Part shown: positions 38,365 to 50,500 of the stretch, in pieces
How positions within the stretch are numbered: the stretch's first letter is position 1
Layout: the number at the start of each line of letters is the position of its first letter
Assembly (NCBI GenBank): GCA_000708835.1
Contig: DF237027.1
Coordinates: 169,188 to 233,187, forward strand
From: Klebsormidium nitens
Lineage: Eukaryota; Plantae; Klebsormidiophyceae
DNA length: 64,000 bases
Reading direction: 5' to 3'
Program-made: the position numbers and the translations under genes
The notes under the pieces: generated by a model
Seen by the model: the letters and a program-made list of their open reading frames with translations, nothing else
Told to the model about the DNA's origin: nothing
Database searches by the model: none

Positions 38365-39626
38365 TTACACTCGCTTTGATTCAATATTCTCTTTCCATGC
38401 GGCGGTCCGCAAGGCTTCTACCTCTTCGACGGAACGAGTCAGCTCTTTGTGCAGAAACTCATAAAGAGCCCACATCTGCCAGAAGCATTTCTCCACGATA
38501 GCAGCCTCCTCTTCGGCAGGGCCCGCCTCATTTGCCTTCTCAACCATGTCGGCTAGTTCCAAGATCCGATCAGCGATCGGGCGTCCGGTTTTTGGATCTG
38601 TAAGGCTTTCCGGCGAAACTTCCATCGCAATGCTGATCATGTCATTACGTTCTTGCTGGATGAACCTAACGAGACCGTGCTGCAATTGCGAGGACACTCT
38701 GAGCAGGTTCTGGATTTGTAAGAACAGGGCCGCCGCAGGCCTATCCCAGCGGCTCATTGAGTAATCATGTAAGGCTCTTTCTCTCTGCAGATAGATAGAA
38801 CCTGAATTCATGCTAGTCTCGTCTCTATAGCTCAGGAACCAGTGTTGAGAACGCTATTGAGGCGGAGCGACGTCACATACTCAAACACTCAAACGAAGCG
38901 GTTCTGCTTCACAAAATTTCTCAAACTCCGTCGCTGGCAAAGTCCAAGGAGACAATCAGAGAGATGGGATCCTCTGCCAGGAACTGCATCAAATACTTTT
39001 TTAAAGAGCGACGAACTTAATACCTTCCTGTATAGGCATAGCGCAGAAAAATTGGACACAAAATCCGGCACATCAATAGCTTAGGAAGCTTTTTCAGCTT
39101 TGTGGGACTTGTTTCATCGAGAAGAAGCCTGAAGCACGGAGACGACGTTGAAACTTGCCTGCTTTAAGAAAGGAGTAAGTGGTTTCAGGGCGCTCAGCAG
39201 CTTCAGCTCAGCCGCTTGGGCCTCCAGCGGTCCGCTCCGCCAGAACTCGGCCTCTCGAAGAGATCGTGGGATCTCGGCTTCGAGGTCGACACACAGAAGA
39301 CGTAGCATGCTGAATTCGGACTTCAGCTTCCACAGCTTGTCCTTTGCGGAATTATATTCGTTGGCGGACTCTAGAACTTTCCGTGCACGCTGCATCGCCA
39401 ACCGGCTTTCCAGGTCGACCGCGACCAGGAAATGTGGTGGGCCTCGATATTTTGGTCTGCCTAGGGGCTCGGAATCGGTCCTACCGTTGTCGAATACAGA
39501 CTCGAGGAGGTCTCCAGAGCTCTGTACTACCTCAAAAGTCGCTTTCCAAAGCTCACAAGAGCTTTGGAGCGCCTTTTCTCGAGAAGCGGAAAGGCCCCAG
39601 GGTCCCAATGTGACGTCAGAGGATCT
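38365..39626 (-). CDS. Uncharacterised all-helical two-domain protein, paralogue B (5' exon(s) unresolved)
   Basis: Exons 39626-39159 and 38784-38365, both phase 0; the intron has a GC donor (CAG|gcaagt). Encodes LRLLCVDLEAEIPRSLREAEFWRSGP and FWQMWALYEFLHKELTRSVEE. Confidence 0.7.
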
Positions 39627-41762
39627 CTGCAAAGAGACACAAGAATAGTCAGTCACCGACCAGAGTTAAATTCCGTTTTACTTCCTGAAGGACTATGCTG
39701 TAAACTGGCTTCGCTTGACATCATGTTCGCAATCTGTTTTGTTTGACATTGTTTTCAAAATTGGAACAAACTTAACAGTTTCCATCGATTTGGCAAACTC
39801 AAGCTCAGGGTGCATCAGGTCCACATAGGTAGCCCTAAACGAATGTCTATCATGGACAACTGATGTACTGTAGCATATTGTTGACTTCGGTTTTCCAAAT
39901 AGGCAATGCGCTTCATCGAAGCCATCTGAGGAGCTTGTTCAAACGAGGTCTTCACTGAGAAGGCGCCGAACGTTTAGCGGGCCTGCTTCTAGTCTTTTTG
40001 TTACTTCCATAGCTGATTAGATTTTCGCAATCAAAGGCAGTCACAAGAAGGAAAACATAAAGACCTTACCTCCGTCTTCGAAGCATGCTCCTGAAGATGA
40101 GCTGCGCGATCCCCGGGGCTTTCATTGTGAACACAGCTCACCTGTGACGAATTGTCAGAAATCAGAGCAGAATTTAATGGCATCAGACAGTGTGGCAGAG
40201 TAAGTTTGCGGCCAACATTAAGCCAAGCTATGTAGTAAAGAGATTGCGCCGTGCTCGAGGCTGTTACTTTTGGTCAACGAGGCAAGGCAGGACAGAAGAG
40301 CTACTCCAGATTCTTTTGTTGTATATATGTGCTCAACTGCAGATCAAAATCATCAAATCAATTATCAAGCATGTAATGTACAGGCAAGGAAACCGTAGGC
40401 AAGCAAAGTCGCATTGAGGTGTGTAAAATAATTGCCTGCCTTGAGAAGAAAAAATGTGCAAGGAGGCTTTTCTTAGGATGGTAAGAACCGAGATAAGCTT
40501 GCCGGAATAACCAGGCTGGGGCTACACGTCCTTTCAAAAAGTGGGAATACAGTCGGGGTTTATAAACATGAACACGTTAGTAAGCTAAGCTGTTTGGCTA
40601 TGTAAGTGGCGCCTAGTTGCAGCGACTCAAGTGCTGTTGCCAGCCATAAGGAAGCATTCATTCTAAACAAGCAGATCAGACAACCTTCATTAGTTGATTA
40701 CTTCCAGCATCTGCAAAGCAGAGCCGCGTTTAAAATGCGGAGACAATAAGATCAAGCACAAAAAAACGTTTGCAAGTTGATCTCAGAGATAATAAAACTT
40801 CCCCTGCGACAACAACTCTTTTCCATTCTCTTCTACAGTCCGCATCATCCAATATCCTGATACCTTTTGCGTACCTGTGGCGTAGCCATCCGCTTTATAT
40901 CCGTTCCTCTCACAGGCCTTCGTTATAGGTTCAGCAAAGCTGTGCTACTGGCACCTGCTGAAAGACAAAGGTGCCCAAGCATGGCCGCCATTGTGGATCG
41001 CTGAGCTCATTGAAGTCTGAAGCTCAACTACCTGCCAACTGCACATTAGCACGACCGGCGGCCGCGCCTTCGAGAAGCGAGGGTTTTACAACGATACGGT
41101 GACACAACCAGACGCAACCCTGACGCAACCGGCGGACGCATTTGGTGCCCACTCTGATTGCCGCGACAATATGCACTGCACATGCACTCAGTGGCTTTCG
41201 TAGGACTTTCTCCAGATCGGGAACCAGGAAAGGTGGTAGGTACGATCGTTGCACCGCTTGACGGGTAATATGGGCTCGCATGAGCCACCTCACAGGCAGC
41301 GAAATATGACATGCATATACCCATTATTATGTACCATGAACGTGCCCTGTGCACATTTTCTTGATTTGGTAAAACTTGATTCCTTCTCTATGACGTCGAA
41401 GCAGCGATGTAGTATATCGTAAGTCTGTTGACCACATGGCATGAGCTTGAGGTAGCTTAGCCGTGTGCCTGGATCCAGAGAGAACTCAGGCCGACCCGAA
41501 TTAACGGACACGGGCAGATATCCCAAAGAGAGAAGTCAAGTCGTGAGCCGCCGTTTTGGACATGAGAGTCGTTTGCCCAATATAGCTAGTAGGCGATTCA
41601 TTCCAAGCTTTATAATCCGCCAAATGAATCATGTAATCGGAAAGCGCTCCATTTTGGAAACACTCGCTTAATCTGCATTCAGGTCCTCCGGAAAGGAAAG
41701 CTTCGTAATATCTGCATCAGCGGCATAAAAGAGTGCCCCGTATCACAGCTAAGTACGGTTTC

Positions 41763-43086
41763 TCAAATGCGCTCTAATTCCGCTGCTTCCCGAGCGATCT
41801 TTTGCCAGGCAACGGCCTCCTCATTTGCACGGGAAAGCTCCCGGTGCACGATCTCGTACAGGGCGCACAGCTCCCAGAAGCTTCTTTCTACAACAGAAGC
41901 TCTCTCTTCTTGGTTTTCCATCTCATCTGCCGCCCAGATCCGGTCCGTCAGCACCTGAATTTGATCCCCAAATGGCAGCCCGCTCACCGGATCTTTCATA
42001 GGCTTCGGCGGACTGCCGAGGATGTTCTCAAATTTCTCTTCGTGCACACGCTGGAGCAACAGGATCAAGCTGTGCTTCACTTGAGCGGCGACTTCAATCG
42101 CGTTCTTTGCTTGTTCGATTGCCGTCATGAGGGGCCTGTTAAAAAGGTCCACTGTGTACGGCCGCAAGAAGCCTCCTCCCTGCACAAGAACGGAGCATGA
42201 ATCCGAATTGTTTGATTTCGTGCCAAGAGAGTTATTGCAAAAAGTTCCCAACGTGGTCTTCCTGTCCTTGATGGCTAGTACCCCGGCCAGCTTGCTTTGG
42301 AACATTGATGCTGTTTGCTCACAAGATTCCCTTCGTTTCTGACGCCAAATTCCAATCGAAAACCAGTGTTTGCACTTCAGGCTAATGCAGACATATCGAA
42401 TGATGACTTCCCTTGAGTAGTCTAATACGTGCTGGGTGCTACAGAGCGGATTGGAGGCCCCCTCGCTCAAAGGGGAAACTTCTGAACTGCGCCCTGATTG
42501 GTTTCACTGGCCAAAATATCAATCAGATCCGAGTCCCTCGGAAGTAACAAGCGATTGAAAATGCTGAGGGCAACAACCAGCAAAGAAGCGCTAAACTTAC
42601 CCCCTTCATCAAAGACGTGGCGTCCTCGAGGTCATCTAGCAGGCGAAGCGCTGTCTCCCTCGCTTCCTGGGGTCCGCTACGCCAGAATTCCGCTTCCCGG
42701 ACGGCACGCGGAATCTCAAGCTCAAGCTCGAGGCACATGTCCCTCAGCTTCCAGCAAGGCCATTTCAGGTTGTATGCCCTCTGCTCTACTGTTTTAAATT
42801 CTCCGGCGGACTTTTTCGCCTCCTCTGCTGTTTTTTCCGCTTCCTTTGCGAATTCTAGGCGGCCCTTAAGATCGCGAACCGGGCTTGGTAACAGTGCTCT
42901 GTATATAGCCGGACGTCCCAATGACATCTTTCTCTTAGACTCATCAACGATCTGCTCAACCGATAAGAGTTCATCGTAGCTTTGCAGTACTTCAACTGTG
43001 GTCTCCAAAAGCTTTTGCGAGCAATGAAGAGCTCTTCTTTGAGGAGCTGTGAGGCCCCAGGAAATCTGTTCGACGGCAGACCGATC
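41763..43086 (-). CDS. Uncharacterised all-helical two-domain protein, paralogue C (5' exon(s) unresolved)
   Basis: Exons 43086-42601 (donor GGG|gtaagt) and 42179-41763, phase 0. Encodes LRDMCLELELEIPRAVREAEFWRSGP and FWELCALYEIVHRELSRANEE. Tandem paralogue of B at an offset of ~3.4 kb. Confidence 0.7.
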
Positions 43087-45152
43087 CTGTAGACAATAAA
43101 GTGGAAGTTTTAGAAGAGACAACCAATCCGGAGTCCATTGTGTAGATGATGTTTCTGATTCTAGATGGTTTGAACCTGGTTCTCAATCCCAAGAAGGCGT
43201 CTCTATCGCCTGTGTCTTCATCTCCGTTCCGCTGCGTGCCATGAAAACGAGACCGTACAAGCTCAAATATCCTTTTCTACCATGATCAGTTGCCCTGAGC
43301 TAGCCGATCGTTAAGTCTGCCACCGGCTACGACTTTCACTAGACACGAGAGAAAAAGAGCGTTTGGAAAACACCTCGAAGTGAGGAGTCTAAGCAAAGCA
43401 GCAGTTAAGATTTTGCTCAGAACCACTTGATGCCAGAGCAGTTTACAGTGGATGATTCTCGTACCTCTTTCTTGGCACGAACGCTTTGATGCTTGTCCTC
43501 ATCAGCATCTTGTGAATTGAGCGCACAGCACATGACCTGCATGAAACAGTCCACGAATGAGCACAAGCGCCTCCAGATTTCAGAATTTAAGTGCACGGCA
43601 CAACTGCACAGGGAATAACTGATTTTAGTTCACCTCCACGAAATGAGCAGGTTATACCCTTTGGAGATGCAAGGTTGTGCAAGGCACGTGCAATATAGAT
43701 CGTCAGGAGATTGAGACAAATTGATCACAGGAGAAACCTCAAGTACAATCGTAATAAAAAAACATTGAATTCAGCTGCGCTACGATTATTTCTGTAAAGA
43801 AACGTCGGCTAGGATTTTGATGTGCTGGGAGGAATCAAAGTGGAGGCTTTTTCAGAATGCTATGAGTTGAGTCCGTGCCTATGCTAATCAACAAGTGGCG
43901 TGAATCAGCTTCAAACTCTTTGTTTGTATGTGATTGTATACGACATCGCTGTGGCCAAGATTGGGAAATTAAGCCTTGGTTAGTTACCGGCGGGTTGCGA
44001 GGCCTCCATGCCACATCGCTCGTTAACTTGATTCTCCTAACGCCCGAAGTCACCCAGCCGCAAGGTACCTGACCAGAATTGAATGTCAAAGCTTACGTAC
44101 TGCATAGCTTGGGCCATTGTAATCCGGTCCTGAACTTCATCAGCAGTAATGTGCAGAGACCCTGTCAGTTCCATACTGTTGAAAATAAAGAAGACTTCTG
44201 CAGAGAGTTGGCTTTCTGTGGACTTGGGATGGTTTCTTCAATCAAAATCACAAAGCAAATCTATCCAGAGCAGCGCAGCTTCTGTCCTGCAAGCAAAATT
44301 ACTCTAAGTGACTTCAAGTACAGCTTTACTTGTTCAAAGACCGTTTCATTATCACCTTCATGCTGGTATGACTGGTAACCTCCAGCTTCATTTTTGTACG
44401 CCGTAGCCCGTCACCTGATGGACTTGAACATGAGATCGTCACGGGACCTGCCAGTGCAAGAGAAAGATGCGGGAGAACTCAAGAACAGATTGATTGAAAA
44501 TCACCTATATAGCTTGCTGCCGATCGATCGCCGTATATCGCGGCTGATATCCTCGCGGCCGCGGCACCCCTCAAGGGTTTGAAGTACTTTGAGCAATCCC
44601 GAGTTTTGGTCGACGGCTGCGATTGACCGTTACGAAACCACGTGTTCTTGGTGACGCAACTCGCCGTAACCAATGGTGACGTCATGTTGATCTCGCCCTT
44701 CGAGCGCAATGCACATTGCACACGGCCATTGGCATGAGTGACCATACCCGGCAGCTAGCTGCTTGTAGGTACATGAGCTGCTACTATTACGATAAATAGC
44801 GGCGGCAGCAACATACCTGCAGATATCAACTCTATTTTTCAGACCAATGGCGTCATCGCAGGCCACCATCGCGCCCCCCTGCCAGATTGCCTCCTTCAAG
44901 CAGTCAGCTCCAGAAGCGGGCGCTTCCACGAGCAAGGAGGTTTGCACAAGTTGTCCTGCTAGCAAATGCAGGTTCCGACAATCTCACACCTCTTCTAGAG
45001 TTGAATTCATTCACATTTCCAGCTTTTATCCATCAATTTACAAAGGTCGTCATCTGCATTGTTCGAATCACATAACACCACACATCGGGGCAGCCGTTCC
45101 TGCCCCAAGAATCAGCACAACTCGAGCTGCATTACCTGATTCAAGCACAGCC

Positions 45153-46556
45153 ATGACAGAAGGAAATGCAGGATTCAGCAGTGGACTGAGGAGACCATCA
45201 GAAGAGGGGGCCCCTCCAGAGCAATGGGACGCGGAGCATTATGCGGCCAACATGCGCTTTGTTGCTGACATGGCAATGCAGCCGCTCATTGACCTGCTGG
45301 CGCCCAAGCAGGGGGAGAGGATTCTGGACCTGGGGTGTGGGGATGGTGAGCTGCATTCGCCTTGGAAACCGAATCAGTTGTTGCTTAGATGGTGTTTTGC
45401 CACAGCCACAGCAACAGCCAGTTGACTGCTTGTTTGCAAGAACCACCAGGGCAAAGGAGTCCCCAGAATAGAAGCATGGTTTTAATCAATTTGCTGAATT
45501 GCGGTAGCCCAAGGCGGAAGTCAAACCTGTACTTAGTCCTTAAACCGCTGTCTTGCGTCAGAAGGGGCTCAATGACACTGGCGGACAGGATTGATTGCTT
45601 GTATCTTTCGTAGCAGGCATCATGTGCGGGACTAGGCATGTGTATTTTTACGGTATGGCCCATTGGTTTACTAATGCACCTTGATTGTTGGGGTGAATTC
45701 TGGTGGATGCTAGATGAATGAAAGCCAATGTACTCTGCAAGAAGCGCCCACTTCAGAATATCACGTTCCTCAAGTTATGGTGGCAATCCAGTGGAGAGAC
45801 TCTCATTTGGTTCAAGTCTGAGCTACCCAGATACACGCAAATTCTTGAGGCATTGAGCGCTTCTGCATCGCCTGTGAAATGTTTACTGCAGCCCTTGATA
45901 CTCATGGCTAAGTACTAATGCCCTCTCTTTCAGGTCCCCTTATGGGCCCAATTGCAGCTCATGGCTGCTCAGTGGTTGGAGTGGACTACTCAGAGGACAT
46001 GATCCTCAAGGCCCAAGAAAAGGGCCTGGATGCTCACGTGGCTGACGGGCAGAGCCTCTCCTTTGACAACGAGTTCGATGCCGTCTTCACAAACGCTGCC
46101 CTCCATTGGATGAAGCGGGATCCTGACGGAGTCATCACTGGGGTGAAGCGAGCGCTCAAACAGGGCGGTAGATTTGTTGGGGAGTTTGGCGGTCATGGAA
46201 ACGTTGCTGCGATCAAAACTGCACTTCTTGCAGTGTGTAATGCACGGGGGATTGACGGCTTCTCACGCATTCCATGGTACTTTCCAACAGTTGACGAGTA
46301 CAGAGCCAAGTTAGAAGCTCAGGGTTTCGAAGTCGAATACATTGAGCTCATACCGAGGCCAACTCCGCTTCCGACGGGAATGGCTGAGTGGTTTGCCGGG
46401 TTTGGAAACACATTTTTTGAGGGGATGGATGAGGAGACGAAGAGCGCGGCTGTAGCTGAAGGGCTGGCCCTTCTGAAGCCCAGCCTGTGCGACTCCAAGG
46501 GGAATTGGACAGCGGACTATGTAAGGCTCCGCTTTTCTGCAAAGCTTAAGACGTAG
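45153..46556 (+). CDS. Class I SAM-dependent methyltransferase (trans-aconitate methyltransferase-like)
   Basis: Exons 45153-45345 and 45934-46556 (GAT G|gtgag...tttcag|GT), 271 aa. Motif I ILDLGCGDG, VVGVDYS, FDAVFTNAALHWM, LKQGGRFVGEFGG, RPTPLP, WTADYVRLRF. Confidence 0.92.
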
Positions 46557-47558
46557 CCATGCTACCAACAGAGCTCATCGTTTCTGATATTGTCCCTACT
46601 ATTCCTTCCGACAACTAAATCAGACTGATGAAGGCACAGAAACATTGAGTCTACCGACCAGAGTATTGAGCTAGGTACGTATGGCTTCTGTTCCATTGCG
46701 TGCCAGACGAGATATATATACAAGTAAACCACCGTGTCGTTCAAGCAAAATATTTGGATATATGATTCTTAGTATGCATCCAGACTTTGAGCGATGATGG
46801 TGGTGTGACTGTGATTGACTGTATTACGCGTATCTCGATCAACTGCATATTCATGTATACAACCCCCGGGCCGGGATATAGTGAACGATGCCAGCCCTGA
46901 AATTCACATGGCAAGCTTGAGCTCCTGCAGTGCAGCCTGGTCTACAGAGGATGGTATTTATATCGTGTACATCATGCATGCATGGCATGCCGGCCCATGG
47001 CCGCGCCCGGCGGCCGGGCGCGGCCTCAGATGATTTGCTATGTGCGCCCATGCAGTGACCAGCTCAATGCTCGGGCCATGTGCATGATCAGGTTGATCGG
47101 TCAACTAAATCCATATGCAGACCTGCCAGGCCTCTAGTGACGAGGGCGTGCGACCGGACGCGGCCGAATTGCTGCCGAAAGAATTACCCAAGGTCGTGCC
47201 AATGTGGGTACGGATTCCTGTAATACCAAATCAGGCAGATTGACGAAATAAATGCAGTCAGGCCGGACGGACGACAATATTTCAAGCTCAAGTTTAGTCG
47301 TGACACCAAGGGTCGAAAAATACTATCCTGCGCTAATCGCGTTCACGGGGATTAGCGTGCTCAAACATGTATCTTTGAGAAGTCTCAAGTTGTGCGCAAC
47401 CAGCTACGGTGCCAGACGACCCTTTGATCGTCTTTTTTGCAAGACAGCTATGCATCTTACCGGCGCAGCCAAGACAAAGTGCTCAATAGCTTCTCAGAGT
47501 CTTTGAAAGCCGTAACCAATTCACCCTCGCTCTATGTTACAAAACCGTGTACATCGCT

Positions 47559-50500
47559 CTACACGTCACCAGCGCTCTCTACGGGCGGCGCTACCGCCGG
47601 AGGTGGCGCGCGGTCTTTGTGCACTTTGAGCCGGGAGGCCATGCACACCCGCAGCATCAGGAGGAGCCACGCCAGCAACAAGTAGCCCACAACCATCGCG
47701 AGAAGCGCCCACGTGTCGGCGGTTCGCCGCTCGCTGTGCTGGCCAAGGGTGTCCAGGACGACCTCCCCTGCGAAAGAGCGAAGTTGTTGTGAGACTTGCC
47801 GCAAATCTCCACTGAGAGTCTGCGAACGAAAGCTTGGGACTGCAAGTTGGATTCAAAGGACCGGAGCAAATTTAACGGTGGCAGCTTTCGTTTTGAGGGA
47901 AACTCTTGCGACCCCTGGTGGACGGATGGAGATGTCATGAAAATTCGCGCAGTCCTGGAAGAGAGCAGAGTAGTGGAAGAGTTGCCCGAAATTCGCCAGA
48001 GGCACTTCGAGGAGACCGATGCTGGGCGGAAGCGTGCTGGGGTCGGGCAGAAAAAGCTGATGAACAGGGGCCCGCACGGAAACACAATCCACAAGACTGG
48101 CACTGCCGAAGCAGGGCGGTCAGAACGCCTTGGTCTCAATCCAGACACGAATACCCAAGTTTAGTGAAAGGAGTGGGACACGGATTGGCACTATAGGACA
48201 GAGATGATACAAGATGGAAACGAGATGGAAACGCATTAACGGACGGAATCGACGGCGGGGAACAGACACAAACGACTGGACGGACTGATGGGATCGGTGC
48301 ACGGGATCGGACGGCAAAGGTCGCATTTGGACAGGTAACGGACGGAAATGAACGGCATAGAGAAGAATCGAACGGCGAAGGCTCACCAGTTCGGCACGTG
48401 TTAGAGAAGCCGGTTGAGGAATTCGGACGATAAAGTACAAGATAGGACAAATTGGAGAGGGAAACGGACGGCATGAATGAGAATCGAACAGCGGAGAACT
48501 GGGACAGGCTAGGGGAACTGGCGGACGGCAAAGGACAAGATTGGACGGAACGGACGGAAACGGACGGAGAGGGACGGAAACGGACGGAAACGCGGACGGC
48601 GTGAATTGGATATGCACGGCTGCAAACGCTCACCTTTGACGGGGACGGGCTTGGGGAAGCCGTTGGACGAAAATCGACGGCGAAAGACGAGATTGAACGG
48701 ATACCGGAAACTGACGGAACGGACAAAAATGGACGGAACCGGACGAAGGAAGACCGGAACGAACGAAGAGGAACGGTAACGGACGGCTCACCTTTGACGG
48801 GGACGGGCTTGGGGAAGCCGGAGGGCTGGAAGAGGATGGTGAGGCCCTCGACTTGGCTGGTCATCAGCACCTCGAACGCGTAGTTGAGGAACGACAGCTT
48901 GAGCAGCCACTGGAGGCCTGGGGTGATCTTGTCCGAGTTGACGAGCGCGCCTGCGAAGGTTCGGCGGGTGCGAATTATCAACTCCTGGTTCGACTGCATT
49001 TAGGGCTACTGTGAACGGTAAGGAGTTGGTGATACGAGGTTACAATTGGACCAGAAAGTGCGCTCGCTACAAACTTCAATCTTCAGATTGGGATCAGGAT
49101 CCGTGACTAAGAGAACCTTACCTATGACGAGAGTCATGGGTAGCAACACAAATTGGCACGGTCCAACAACTCCGCCACGAGGCTGAAGCTTCTAGTACTT
49201 ATTAACACCTCTAAAGCTTATCAACCGTACTCTGGATGCATGACCGAGAAAGTAACACCTTAAAGAGAATCGTGAGCAGCACAACGAGAACGGACACAGA
49301 TTCTGCAACGTCGTCAGACGCTACACCCGTATGATATAGCTAGTGCGTAAACAACCCTAAACCTGATTTGAAAAGCTTCGGGTGCAACATTGCCGAGAGC
49401 TCGAGTGTGTGAATTCAGAAGGATAGAGAAGAAGCTCACCTGTGAAGAAGATCATGAGCAGCATAACGACGATCGACAGGAAATTTGCGACGCCGACGGA
49501 CGCCGTGATTAGGCTGAACCAGAATCAGTAACTTGAATCGATCACAAACCCTACAGACCCTACATTTCTTGAGCCTTGGATCCAGATTTCCCCACCAAGA
49601 ACAGCCAAACTCAATTTCAGAGTTTTAGAAGGCTGTACAAGAAACCGAAAAGCTCACCTGTAAAAAGGATCATGAGCAGCATAACGACGATCGACAGGAA
49701 GTTTGCGACGCCGACGGACGCGGTGATGAGGCTGATGCAGGAGCAGACCTCGCCCGCCGTCATAGCCACCATGACCATGATTATCAGGAAGAGCAAAAAC
49801 TTGGCGCCGTCCGGGCGCAGGCCCATCAACCAGTACATGATGCTGCATAAAACAAGTGCTGGATTTTAGGGTTTGGACCTGGGTATGCTTAATTTTCTGG
49901 CGGTGATGAGGGTTGCTGCGAACCGTTCCACATCAGCCAAAACTTGGCGCCGTCCGCGCGCAGGCCCATCAACCAGTACATGATGCTGCACAAAAGCATG
50001 TCTAAGTGTTGGGGTCTTTAACTTCTGCTTAAGCGTAGTTAGTCGATGGTGATGGGGTTTCTTTGTAGAAAATACTTGCGAGCGACCACTTTACGACATC
50101 CAAAACTTGGCGCCGTCTGCGCGCAGGCCCATCAACCAAAACATGATTGCAAACAAATGGCAGGATTGTAGGGTTTGAAGTTTCGGTTGAGCTTCATCAT
50201 CTGGCCGTCAAGAAACTATTTGCTGCGAAGCAATTTCTTGCGGCCAAAGAGTTCACAGCAGCCAAAAGTTGGCGCCGTCCGCGGGCAGATGCACAGTCTG
50301 CGTAAATGAAATCTAAATCAGAGGGTTTGAAGATCTGGTTAAGCGTAGTCAGTTAGGGGTGGTGAGGTTTGCGGCGAAAATTTAGTTGCGGGCCAACTTT
50401 CACAACGGCCAAAACTTGGTACCATCTGCGCGGGCCCATCAAGAATTACATGATGCTGCACGGTCGAGTTGTGGATGTGACGTCGACTGATCAGGGATCA

